Assembly: GCA_963720105.1 (NCBI GenBank)
Contig: CAVREL010000055.1
Location: 32,903 to 96,902 of the forward strand
From: an uncultured Acidobacteriota bacterium
Lineage (GTDB): Bacteria; Acidobacteriota; Terriglobia; Terriglobales; Acidobacteriaceae
DNA: 64,000 nt
Direction of reading: 5' to 3'
Part shown: positions 42,221 to 51,459 of the stretch, piece after piece
Layout of the letters: every line of letters begins with the position of its first letter
Position numbering within the stretch: the stretch's first letter is position 1
Translations under genes and position numbers: made by a program
Notes under the pieces: generated by a model
The model's database searches: none
What the model was told of the DNA's origin: nothing
What the model saw: the letters and a program-made list of their open reading frames with translations, nothing else

Positions 42221-43393
42221 TCATGAAGAGTCGAAGCCTGCGAAATAGAGTTGAGCCGGGGTGAAGCGCTGGATGACGCGCATGGCTTTTCCGCATCGGG
42301 GACAGTGCCAGAGATCGCAGTCCGGCGGCGGAGGCGGCGGCAGCGGCTCGCGGCCCTGGGCGGCGAGCAGGATGCGTGCCAGGGGCAGCAGTTGTTTGCG
42401 GAAGCGGTTGGAGAGCAGGCCGTAGCGGCGGATGCGCACGAAACCCTTTGGCAGCACATGCAGGAAGAAGCGGCAGAGGAAGTTCATGGCGTCGAGGGTC
42501 ATGACGCGCTGCTTGCCGCCGTGGGCATAATCGCGCCAGCGGAAGCTGACGCGCTCGCCATCGAAAGCGGTGATGCGGTGGTTGGAGATGGCCATGCGGT
42601 GGGTGTAACGGCCGAGGTAGCCGAGGACATGTTCCGGTCCGCCAAAGGGCGGCTTGGCGTAGACGTACCATTTCTTGTTGCCCAGCTTCTCCATCAGTAG
42701 CTGGAAGCAGGCCGGATCGCCGAGAGGAGCCGCTGGACCGTTCAGGTTGAGCAGGCCTTTGCGATAGAGCCGGCGGAGGCCGGCGAGGAACTTCTTGCGG
42801 AAGACCGTACGCAGGACCGGAACCGGCAGCAGGAACAGCGGGTGGCTGGTGTGGATCCATTGCTGGTGATCGGCCGACAGACCGCCACCGGGAACCACGC
42901 AATGGACATGATAGTGGCCCAGCAGGTTCGAACTCCACGTGTGCAGGATGGAGAGGAACCCGATCTCTGCCCCCAGGCGTTTGGGATCGGCGGCCACTTC
43001 GAGCAGGGTCTGGGAACTGGCATCGAACAACAGGTCGAGCACCAGCCTGGGTGAGGTCAGTGCCAGGGGGTTCAGTTCGTGCGGCAGGGTGAAGACGACG
43101 TGGAAGTAGTTGGTGTTGAGCAGGTCGCGCTGCTGCGCCTGGAGCCATCGCTGGCGAGCTTGCGCCTGGCATTTTGGACAGCAGCGCGACCTGCATGAGT
43201 TGAAGGAAATAGGCGCCTCGTACTGGCAGTCGACACACTTATCTTTATGTCCGCCCAGGGCCGCGGTGCGGCAGCGCTCTACAGCCCGGCATGCCTTCAG
43301 CTGCTGATAGCTGAGAACGGTCCGGAAGCGTTCCAGAAACTGCCTGCCCTTGCGACGGACGATGTCGGCCACTTCAATGGCCGGCCGGGTCAT
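42221..43393 (-). CDS. IS91-family (HUH, Y2) transposase
   Basis: Zinc domain CRT..C..C..SCRSRCCPKC, YFHVVFTLP, HUH motif HYHVH and YLGRY. Confidence 0.93.
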   Translation of the reverse strand: MTRPAIEVADIVRRKGRQFLERFRTVLSYQQLKACRAVERCRTAALGGHKDKCVDCQYEAPISFNSCRSRCCPKCQAQARQRWLQAQQRDLLNTNYFHVVFTLPHELNPLALTSPRLVLDLLFDASSQTLLEVAADPKRLGAEIGFLSILHTWSSNLLGHYHVHCVVPGGGLSADHQQWIHTSHPLFLLPVPVLRTVFRKKFLAGLRRLYRKGLLNLNGPAAPLGDPACFQLLMEKLGNKKWYVYAKPPFGGPEHVLGYLGRYTHRMAISNHRITAFDGERVSFRWRDYAHGGKQRVMTLDAMNFLCRFFLHVLPKGFVRIRRYGLLSNRFRKQLLPLARILLAAQGREPLPPPPPPDCDLWHCPRCGKAMRVIQRFTPAQLYFAGFDSS

Positions 43394-44280
43394 GAACGCG
43401 GACGGTGGTAGAGGCGGCCAGTCTGGTCGACGCTGGACAGCTTCAGTTCTTCCAGGGGGTTGACGACCTGGTGCAGGTGCTTTTTGGAAAGATGCAGGTA
43501 CCGGGCTGTGGTCTCCAGATCTTCATGACCAAGCAGAAGCTGGATGGTGCGCAGGTCGGCGCCGCCTTCCAGCAGATGGGTCGCCCAACTATGTCGAATG
43601 AGGTGCGGGTTTGAGGGCTTACGAATACCAGCGCTTTTGGCGGCCTGGATGCAGGCCATCCACACCGTCTTGTCGCTGATGGGCCGCTCGCAATCGCGAC
43701 GCGTGCGGGATGGAAACAGGTAGATGCGGGGCTTGAGCCAGCGCCAGTAAACACGCAGCGTCTCCAGCAGCGCCGGGCTCAGGGGCAGGTCGCGATCCTT
43801 GTGTCCCTTTCCATCGACGACGTGAATGATCATGCGCTGGCTGTCGATGTCGGCGATCTTCAACCGCGCAATCTCGGCGCGGCGCATGCCGGTGCCGTAC
43901 AGAACCATCAGCAGGGCGCGCTGGAAGAGGCTTTTGCTGGCCTCGATCAGACGCGCTACTTCCTCCCGGCTGAGGATGTTGGGCAGCTTCCGCGGAACCT
44001 TGGGATAGGGCAGGAACTCGCGGAACTCGGGGCGATGGAGCGTACGCAAGTAGAAGAACCGCAATGCGGCCACGTGGTGCTCGACCGATCCCGGGCAGAG
44101 TTTTCGCTCCTTCAGCAGATACGCCTGGTAGCTGCGCAAGTGTTCCGGGCCAAGCTTGTCGGGCGACTTGCCGAAGTGCTGTGCGAACCGCTCGACGAAG
44201 CGTAGATAGTATCGGATCGTCCTCTCAGAGTAGTTGCGACGCTCGAGTTCTTCGAGCATCATTTTGCGTAGGTGGGTCAC
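43390..44280 (-). CDS. Tyrosine recombinase/integrase
   Basis: GTGMR, GKGHKDR, HLIRH, LLGH and TARY catalytic set. ATGA coupling to the transposase. Confidence 0.93.
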   Translation of the reverse strand: MTHLRKMMLEELERRNYSERTIRYYLRFVERFAQHFGKSPDKLGPEHLRSYQAYLLKERKLCPGSVEHHVAALRFFYLRTLHRPEFREFLPYPKVPRKLPNILSREEVARLIEASKSLFQRALLMVLYGTGMRRAEIARLKIADIDSQRMIIHVVDGKGHKDRDLPLSPALLETLRVYWRWLKPRIYLFPSRTRRDCERPISDKTVWMACIQAAKSAGIRKPSNPHLIRHSWATHLLEGGADLRTIQLLLGHEDLETTARYLHLSKKHLHQVVNPLEELKLSSVDQTGRLYHRPRS

Positions 44281-44373
44281 AGTGGGTTACCTCCTGTGCA
44301 CCACACCCTAAACCGCCCACGAACCTACTCGACAGCCACCGCTGCAGCGACCGCGGCGCCTGCGGCTTCGTTC

Positions 44374-44850
44374 TGACCGCCGATGCGGAAGTTTGGAAAT
44401 GCAACCGTAAAGAAGCTGTCCCCGGGTTTCACCCGGGGCTATTTTCGATTTTGTCCCTCCGGGACAAGCGGTTTCGTTTCGGGAGTATCACCGCCGATTC
44501 GGAAGTTACGAAAGACAACCGCGGATCCTTCCGCTTCGCTGCGCTCAGCGTCAGGATGACAAGGTGAGAGAAGGTCGAAGCGGGAGGGTGACCGGCGATG
44601 CGGAAGTTACGAAAAGCAACCGTAGTCAAAGATGCCGCATTGCGGCACCCAGAAAACATGAAAATGGGAGTCCGTTCTTACGTCCACGGGACTGGGGTTC
44701 ATATGGTGCGCTATCCCAGGGTTTCACCCTGGGCTATTCTCTTGCGTTCCCTCCGGGAACTCAGTGCGTGCTCAGTTCGAACAGTGTGGTTTGGGAAGCC
44801 AATTTTCATGGCAGATACTTCCGCTTCGCTGCGCTCCGCTCAGCATGACA
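44374..44850. repeat. Tandem REP array with ACCGCC-GAT-NCGGAAGTT unit openers
   Basis: Motif at 44374, 44487 and 44588. Hairpins CCCGGGTTTCACCCGGG, GATCCTTCCGC..CAGGATGACA and CCCAGGGTTTCACCCTGGG. Confidence 0.8.
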
Positions 44851-45140
44851 ACGCTGCAGGGGGGTTCGGGAGGGCAGGATTAGCGGAGATTTTCCACCTT
44901 TGGCAAGGCCTCGCCAGCAGGCGTGGCGCGGCGGGAAATTGTGATTGACTCAGAAAGAGAGTGATCGGGTGGCTTGGAATTTGGAGAGGGTGTAGCGAGA
45001 CCCTGACCTTCGGCGAGAAGGCCGCGCAGAGATTACACGGCTTCTCCCTGGCCTGATCCGCCGGACCCGTCCGGTTTGGCCGGAATGACAAGGGTGAAGA
45101 GTAGTACACTTGCCGGGATTCTTTTACATTGAAGGAAACT

Positions 45141-46622
45141 ATGTCGCGCTTGAATCCGTATGTTGTTTTGCTCACCCTGATCGCCACGCTGGGCGGACTG
45201 CTTTTCGGATACGACACGGCCGTGATCAACGGCGCGGTGGGCAGTCTGAAAGCCTATTTCGTCGATCCGCGATTCACCGATCTCGCCAACCCGGCCCAGG
45301 CCAACGCCGCCAATTCGCTGCTGGGCTTCGTGGTTTCGAGCGCGCTCATCGGCTGCATCGTCGGCGGGCTGATCGGCGGGTGGGTCAGCACCCACGTCGG
45401 CCGCAAGCGCGGATTGATCATTGCCGCCCTGCTCTTCCTGGTTTCCGCCCTGGGCGCCTCCGCGCCGGAATTCCCCTTCGCCGCCATCGGTCACGGCGGA
45501 CCGGCCTATATGCCGAACTTCGTGATGTATCGCATCCTGGGCGGCGTCGGCGTGGGTTTGGCGTCGATGCTGTCGCCCATGTACATCGCAGAAATCGCGC
45601 CGCCCAGGATTCGGGGAAACCTGGTAGCGTGGAACCAGTTCGCCATCATCTTTGGCATGCTGGTGATTTACTTCGTCAACTTCGGTATCTCCAAGTCCGG
45701 CAGCGGCGACGCCTGGCTCAATTCCATCGGCTGGCGATACATGTTCCTTTCCGGCGCCATTCCCGCCGGCCTTTTCCTGCTGCTCCTGTTGCTGGTGCCG
45801 GAAACCCCGCGCTACCTGATGCTCAAAGGAAACGAGAGCGGCGCGCGCGCGGTGCTGGCCAAGCTGGTCACGCGGGAGGAAGGCGATAGGGAACTCTCCG
45901 AAATCCGCGCCTCGCTCAGCGAGCACCATTCCGGCAAGTTGTTTTCCTTCGGCGCGCTGCTCATCTTCATCGGCATCATGATATCGGTGTTCCAGCAATT
46001 CGTGGGCATCAACGTGGTGCTCTATTACGCGACGGCGATTTTCCAGGGCATGGGACTGACCACCAATGCCTCGCTGTTCCAGACCATCATCGTCGGCCTC
46101 GTGAACCTTACGTTTACCGTGGTGGCTATTTTCACGGTGGATCGATTTGGCCGGCGGCCGCTGCAGATCATCGGAGCACTGGTGATGGCGGTAAGCATGA
46201 TCTCGCTGGGCGCCGATTTCTGGCTGGGCGACAAAGGCATCATCGCGCTCGTCTGCATGCTGTTCTACACCGCCGGTTTCGCGGTTTCGTGGGGGCCGGT
46301 CACCTGGGTGCTGCTGAGCGAAATCTTTCCCAACCAGATTCGCGGCAAGGCCATGGCCGTGGCTGTGGCGGCGCAGTGGATCGCCAATTATCTCGTGAGC
46401 TGGACGTTCCCCATTCTCGACCAGAATCCCTACCTGACGGCGCATTTCCATCATGGGTTCTCCTACTGGATCTATGGGGTGATGGGAATTTTCGCCGCCC
46501 TCTTCATGTGGAAACTGGTGCCGGAGACCAAGGGCCGTTCGCTCGAACAGATGGAAGCCATCTGGCAGGCGACGGATCAAAAAGCACCATACGTCAAAAC
46601 CGAACCGGTGTCCCACCCTTAA
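45141..46622 (+). CDS. xylE: Sugar porter, D-xylose:H+ symporter-like
   Basis: GGLLFGYDTAVI, SPMYIAE, PETPRYL, QQFVGINVVLYYA, SWGPVTW and PETKG. Confidence 0.88.
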   Translation: MSRLNPYVVLLTLIATLGGLLFGYDTAVINGAVGSLKAYFVDPRFTDLANPAQANAANSLLGFVVSSALIGCIVGGLIGGWVSTHVGRKRGLIIAALLFLVSALGASAPEFPFAAIGHGGPAYMPNFVMYRILGGVGVGLASMLSPMYIAEIAPPRIRGNLVAWNQFAIIFGMLVIYFVNFGISKSGSGDAWLNSIGWRYMFLSGAIPAGLFLLLLLLVPETPRYLMLKGNESGARAVLAKLVTREEGDRELSEIRASLSEHHSGKLFSFGALLIFIGIMISVFQQFVGINVVLYYATAIFQGMGLTTNASLFQTIIVGLVNLTFTVVAIFTVDRFGRRPLQIIGALVMAVSMISLGADFWLGDKGIIALVCMLFYTAGFAVSWGPVTWVLLSEIFPNQIRGKAMAVAVAAQWIANYLVSWTFPILDQNPYLTAHFHHGFSYWIYGVMGIFAALFMWKLVPETKGRSLEQMEAIWQATDQKAPYVKTEPVSHP

Positions 46623-46845
46623 TTCCGGCGCTGATGATTGAAGACCGGGGCCCATGAATCGCGTTCCGCAGCGATATAGGCAATGCCATTTTCTTACGCC
46701 CCTACAGGGCTGTTCCAGCGTACGTGGGTTCTCTTCCCGAGGCTTGCGCCTGGGGCTACCGTCTTATGCCCGCTTCGCGGGCATCTTCAAAACTGCAACG
46801 GTAGTACCATGGGCATAGACCATCCCAACGATGGGAGATGCTCTC

Positions 46846-47400
46846 ATGTTCGTTCCGTGGAAGCGCCTTGTTTGCGCGGCGGTGCTGGCCGGTGCGGTGT
46901 TCGCGCCGCGCGCGTGGGGCCAGTTGCTGGAGCCGTCCTCCGCGCCGTCGGCTGCGCCCAATCCTTTTTCCGATCCCACCATGAATCCGGGAAAGGCTTT
47001 CCTTTACGACCTCGAGGCGCGCTTTGCCAAGGACGTTCTGGAGAAAGGCGGCGCCGGTTTTGCGGAATGGTTTGCCGAGGACGGCGTGGCCCTGGGCAAC
47101 GGCGCGGCGCCCCTGATTGGGCGGGTGGCCATCGCCAAATCGGCCAACTGGTCGCCAAAGGCGTACCAGCTTACGTGGACGCCCACTGATGCCGTGATGG
47201 GCCCTTCCGGCGATATGGGCTACACCTGGGGTCACTTCGAAGGCCACAGCAAGGACGCCAACGGAAACCCGGTCACCACCACCGGCCGCTACATGACCAT
47301 CTGGCGTAAGGGCGCCGACGGCCAATGGAAAGTAGTCCTCGATGCCGGCGCCAATGAGCCCGCCGCGGCGGGCGACTGCTGCAAGCTGCCGGGAAGGTAG
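46846..47400 (+). CDS. Secreted NTF2/SnoaL-like (DUF4440) protein
   Basis: Signal peptide, then LTWTP..SGDMGYTWG..GRYMTIWRK..WKVVLD. Confidence 0.82.
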   Translation: MFVPWKRLVCAAVLAGAVFAPRAWGQLLEPSSAPSAAPNPFSDPTMNPGKAFLYDLEARFAKDVLEKGGAGFAEWFAEDGVALGNGAAPLIGRVAIAKSANWSPKAYQLTWTPTDAVMGPSGDMGYTWGHFEGHSKDANGNPVTTTGRYMTIWRKGADGQWKVVLDAGANEPAAAGDCCKLPGR

Positions 47401-47484
47401 AAAGCAGGGACCGAGGGACCAAGGGACCGAGCCGGTGGAGTGCCCTCCCGCCCTAGCGGAGCTAGGACGGGGCACCCAGATCAC

Positions 47485-49764
47485 TCATTTCAGATTCACC
47501 GTGGATTTGAGCGGCAGCTTGTCGCTGGAGCCGCCGACCATGACCGTATAGTCGCCGGGAACCAGCGTCCAGCCGTCTTTCTCCTCGTCGAAGATTGACA
47601 AATACTTGGGATCCACTTCCACAGTTACGGTCTTTTTCTCTTTGGGATCGAGTTTCACCTTGGTGAAGCCGATCAGCCGCTTGGGCGGTTCCTGTGCGCT
47701 GGCCGGCAGGGCGGCATAGACTTCCGCGATCTCCGCGCCGGTCCGGGCGCCGGTGTTGGTGATGGTAAAGGTTACCTTGACGCAGTCTGCCACTGGAGTG
47801 ACCGTCAGGCCGGAGTAGCCGAACGTGGTGTACGAGAGCCCGAATCCGAATGGGAACAGCACTGGCTTGTTTTCGGCGTCGTACCACTTGTAGCCCACCT
47901 TGACGCCTTCATCGTAGGCCACCTGGAACGGCGGTGCGCCCTTGGCGCGTTCTTCCTGCGAAACCGGTCCGCTGAAGTGTGACTCCGGCGGCGGCTGGGT
48001 CACCGTCGGATGCGGCAGGTCTGCTTCGCTCTTCGGGAAGGTGTTGGGCAGCTTGCCGCTGGGGTTCACCGCGCCAAACAGAATATTGCCCACCGCGTCG
48101 GCCCCGTCGCTGCCGCCGTACCAAACCTCAAGGATGGCTGCCGGCGCGTCGACCCACGGCATGGTTACAGGGCTTCCCGATTCAATCACCACGACGGTAT
48201 GCGGATTAGCCGCGGCCACCGCGGCGATCACCGCGTTCTGATCCACTTCGGGATCGGTCTTCTGACCGTGCTGGTAATAAGGCGGAAGCGCCAGTGAAGG
48301 CAGGTCCATGCCTTCGCTTTCCCATTGGTAGCCGAAGACGATGGCCACGTCCGCGCCCCTGGCGGCTGCGGCCGCCGCCGACGCATCAAAGCCGGGATCG
48401 TATTTCACCGTCGCTTTGGGCGCGCGCGCCAGGATGGCTTTCAACGGCGAAGTGGGAAACCAGATCTGCTCCAGCCAATGGGTGGCGCCCTGGCCGGGAG
48501 GCATGATGGCGTTGCCGCCCATCGGGTCCACCTGCGCCGAGCCGCCGCCCGAGATCATGCCCACGTCGGAATGGGCGCCGATCACCGCAATGGTGTGCAC
48601 CTTGGAAGCATCCAGCGGAAGCGCCGCGTGATTGTTCTTGAGCAGCACGATGCCGCCCTCTTCGATTTTGCGCGCCGTCTCCAATCCGGCGAACGGATCG
48701 ACCACGGAGCGCTGGCGGGGATGATCGATCACCCCGGCGGCGAACATGGACCGCAGGAGGCGATGCACGTGGTCGTCGAGTTCCGCGGTGGAGATGGCGC
48801 CGGAATCGACGGCGGCCTTGAAGCGGTCGCTGTACCAGAAATGGCCGGGCTGTTCGTTGTCGAGGCCCGCGGCGGAGGCTTTTTCTGTCGAGTGCGTGCC
48901 GCCCCAGTCGGACACCACAAAGCCGGGGAATTTCCAATCCTTCTTCAGCACGTCAGTGAGCAGCCACTTGTTCTCGCAGGCAAAATCGGTGTTGACGCGG
49001 TTGTAGGAGCACATGACCGCCGCGGGATGCCCTTTGGAGACGCCGATTTCGAACGCCAGCAGATCGCTCTCGCGCGCGGCGCGTTTCGAAATGGTGATGT
49101 TGACCGAGTTTCGGCCGCTTTCCTGATCGTTCAGCGCATAGTGCTTGATATCGCCGATGACGAACTGCGACTGGGTACCTTCAATCAATTTCGCCACCAG
49201 CGTTCCGGACAGGACGGGGTCTTCGCCGAGGTACTCGAAGGTGCGCCCGTTGCGCGGCTCGCGGGTGAGGTTCGTCCCTCCGCCGAGCGACATGTTGAAT
49301 CCCTGGGCGCGCAGTTCGCGGCCGATGAGGGCGCCATATTCGTAGGCAGCGTCGACGTCCCAGCTCGCGGCGGCGGCCACGTTGGCGGGCAACGCTGTGG
49401 AGTACCGGCCATTCGCGCCGCTAGAGCGCACGCCGTAGGCCGCATCGCTCATGTCGATGCCGGGAATGCCGAGCCGCGGAACGCCCACATCGTAGCCCAC
49501 GCCGCGGTTGGAGGCCGCGTTCTCGGGCGTCACCGGGTCATCCGTCGGCATGCCCACGCCGTGGAGCATGGCGATTTTCTCGTCGACGGTCATCTCCTTC
49601 AGCACCAGGCCGGCGCGCTCGTCGGGCGAGAGGCTGGTGTTCATCCATGGGCCGGTTGGCGGCGGTGGTGACGAGCGGCGCTGGGCGAGAATGGTCTGGC
49701 CAAAGAGCGTGGCAATCGCCAGCAGCAGGATCGGAATTGCGGACCGGCGGAAAAGGTGCGTCAT
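47485..49764 (-). CDS. GH3 beta-glucosidase
   Basis: GRTFEYLGEDP, KHY, MCSYN, VVSDWG nucleophile and FPFGFGLSYTTF with Fn3-like tail. Confidence 0.93.
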   Translation of the reverse strand: MTHLFRRSAIPILLLAIATLFGQTILAQRRSSPPPPTGPWMNTSLSPDERAGLVLKEMTVDEKIAMLHGVGMPTDDPVTPENAASNRGVGYDVGVPRLGIPGIDMSDAAYGVRSSGANGRYSTALPANVAAAASWDVDAAYEYGALIGRELRAQGFNMSLGGGTNLTREPRNGRTFEYLGEDPVLSGTLVAKLIEGTQSQFVIGDIKHYALNDQESGRNSVNITISKRAARESDLLAFEIGVSKGHPAAVMCSYNRVNTDFACENKWLLTDVLKKDWKFPGFVVSDWGGTHSTEKASAAGLDNEQPGHFWYSDRFKAAVDSGAISTAELDDHVHRLLRSMFAAGVIDHPRQRSVVDPFAGLETARKIEEGGIVLLKNNHAALPLDASKVHTIAVIGAHSDVGMISGGGSAQVDPMGGNAIMPPGQGATHWLEQIWFPTSPLKAILARAPKATVKYDPGFDASAAAAAARGADVAIVFGYQWESEGMDLPSLALPPYYQHGQKTDPEVDQNAVIAAVAAANPHTVVVIESGSPVTMPWVDAPAAILEVWYGGSDGADAVGNILFGAVNPSGKLPNTFPKSEADLPHPTVTQPPPESHFSGPVSQEERAKGAPPFQVAYDEGVKVGYKWYDAENKPVLFPFGFGLSYTTFGYSGLTVTPVADCVKVTFTITNTGARTGAEIAEVYAALPASAQEPPKRLIGFTKVKLDPKEKKTVTVEVDPKYLSIFDEEKDGWTLVPGDYTVMVGGSSDKLPLKSTVNLK

Positions 49765-50041
49765 AATGGCTTCCCCCTTAACTAAAACGATTGTGCGAAC
49801 CGCTCCAATAGTAACGCCGCGACCGTGTCGGCGGGCAAGGGGAAGCCTTAACATGGAAGGAGGCACTAGGGATTAGGCAAAAGGGATTAGCAGCCTTGGC
49901 AGAATTCAAGAGGTCCGTCAAAAACATCCCTCAGCGGCTTTGGACGCTTTACGGCACGACTGAAGTCGTGCCCTTTCAAAACCTGACTTCTACAACGGGC
50001 TGTTAGGCATTTGGGGACTACAACCGAATGGGGACTGAGGA

Positions 50042-50614
50042 ATGGCTGCGCTGATCGATGCGATTGATATCAAGCGGAAGATGTATTTTGAATTGGAGAA
50101 CGTGCCCTATTACTGCCTGGATGTGGCGGTCTCCACACCTACCGCGCGTGGCGGACAAACGCTGGTGCGGTTGAAAATGCGCAATCTGCTCACCCGGGCC
50201 GTCTTCGACAAGACGTTCAAAGCCAGCGACAAGTTCAAGGAGCCGGACCTGGAGACGGTGGAGGCTTCCTACCTGTATAGCGACGGAGACGGGTCCTACT
50301 TCCTCGATCAGTCCAGCTTCGAGACCATCACTCTGTCGGCTGACAAGCTGGGCGATGCGCTGGATTTCCTGGCCGAGGGCGCGATCGTCCAACTCGACAA
50401 GTTCAATGGGAACCCCATCGGGGTGCAATTGCCGTTGCAGGTGGAATTGACGGTGGAATACACCGAGCCCGGCGTGCGCGGGGACACGGTCACCGGCGCC
50501 AGCAAGCCGGCGCGTTTGGAGACCGGCCTCGAGATCAAGGTGCCTTACTTCGTGAACACGGGCGAGAAGGTGAAGGTCTACACGGAGACGCGTGAGTTTG
50601 CGGGCCGGGCGTGA
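50042..50614 (+). CDS. Elongation factor P family protein with PTARG loop (EfpL/YeiP-like)
   Basis: STPTARGG loop, YLYSDG and PGVRGDT..KPARLETG..VP. Confidence 0.85.
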   Translation: MAALIDAIDIKRKMYFELENVPYYCLDVAVSTPTARGGQTLVRLKMRNLLTRAVFDKTFKASDKFKEPDLETVEASYLYSDGDGSYFLDQSSFETITLSADKLGDALDFLAEGAIVQLDKFNGNPIGVQLPLQVELTVEYTEPGVRGDTVTGASKPARLETGLEIKVPYFVNTGEKVKVYTETREFAGRA

Positions 50615-50751
50615 GCCCCAGGCCGCTCCGGATCCCATCGAAGACACAGATTCAGGCGCGGCGGTTGCTTCGCGAAAATGCAAACCACCCGCACCGGGGG
50701 GACTGCAGAACGCATATCGGGGAATCGATTCGTTGCGGTAACAACTGTGGA

Positions 50752-51165
50752 TCAAAACTCCCAGGGATTGAGGAGGGCGACGCCGGTGGGCTGAAAGTCG
50801 CTGACGTTTCGGGTAACGACTGTCATGCCGTGAACCAGTGCGGTGGCGGCGATGAACGAATCTCTATCGGAGCGGGGATTCGGAACGTGAAGCGCTGCGC
50901 AACGAGTCGCGATCTCCGTTTCAATGGGCAGAATGCGGCCTCTGAACGCGGAAAGAACTCGCGTGTTGAGCCAGATGCGCAAGGCAGATCCCTGTTGCGG
51001 ATCTCGCCGCTCCATGCTCAGAACGCCCTTTTCCATTTCGAATATGGAGATGACGGAAAGGAACATGGCAGCGGCATCTACACTCGCTACCCAGCGTCGA
51101 ACATGAGGGTGCGCTTTACTCAACTTGCGCATTTCAGAGAGAACGTTCGTATCGATCAGGTACAT
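50752..51165 (-). CDS. vapC: VapC PIN-domain toxin
   Basis: YLIDTNVLSE..DSFIAATA..VTRNVSDF. Confidence 0.93.
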   Translation of the reverse strand: MYLIDTNVLSEMRKLSKAHPHVRRWVASVDAAAMFLSVISIFEMEKGVLSMERRDPQQGSALRIWLNTRVLSAFRGRILPIETEIATRCAALHVPNPRSDRDSFIAATALVHGMTVVTRNVSDFQPTGVALLNPWEF

Positions 51166-51422
51166 CAGTCAAACTTGAAGGGTGGGGCTATCTCGTCGCT
51201 TAATCGCGGAGGTTCGAATTCAATCGATTCCATCTCCGGCATGGCCAGCAGATCCATCATGTTCCGGCGCGGATGAGTGAGGTTTCGATATTCCTCAATC
51301 GAGAGCAGAACATGCGATGGATGGCCGCGGTCGGTAATGAACACGGGACCCTTCTTGGCGGCACGCTTGGCGCGGCTGGTGTCCTGGTTGAACTCCCGGC
51401 TGGAGAGAGTCGTGATGGCCAC
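51165..51422 (-). CDS. Phd/YefM-family antitoxin
   Basis: SSREFNQD..GPVFITDRG..VLLSIEEY. One-nt overlap with vapC. Confidence 0.92.
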   Translation of the reverse strand: MAITTLSSREFNQDTSRAKRAAKKGPVFITDRGHPSHVLLSIEEYRNLTHPRRNMMDLLAMPEMESIEFEPPRLSDEIAPPFKFD

Positions 51423-51436
51423 CGTTCGGCCCTCCT

Positions 51437-51459
51437 TGTAGCAACGTTGCTACATTATA
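51437..51459 (-). promoter_or_regulatory. Perfect 18-bp operator palindrome next to the TATAAT -10 box of the TA operon
   Basis: TGTAGCAACGTTGCTACA at 51437-51454. TATAAT on the minus strand at 51459-51454. Confidence 0.8.

Larger units (their letters stand above)
41955..44374 (-). mobile_element. IS91-related element carrying a tyrosine recombinase, with 28-bp inverted ends
   Basis: Left end AGAAGGAAGCCGCAGGCGTCGCGGTCGC (41955-41982) and right end GCGACCGCGGCGCCTGCGGCTTCGTTCT (44347-44374) match 26/28 as an inverted repeat. Confidence 0.88.

Noticed and set aside
43390..44280. Integron integrase IntI
   Set aside because: It lacks the IntI-specific insertion, is coupled to an IS91 transposase inside inverted ends, and I see no attC sites.
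45033..46655. 540-aa ORF antisense to xylE, and similar long shadows at 26556-27956, 31577-33115, 42000-43238 and 48325-49671
   Set aside because: They overlap well-supported genes and have shadow-frame composition.
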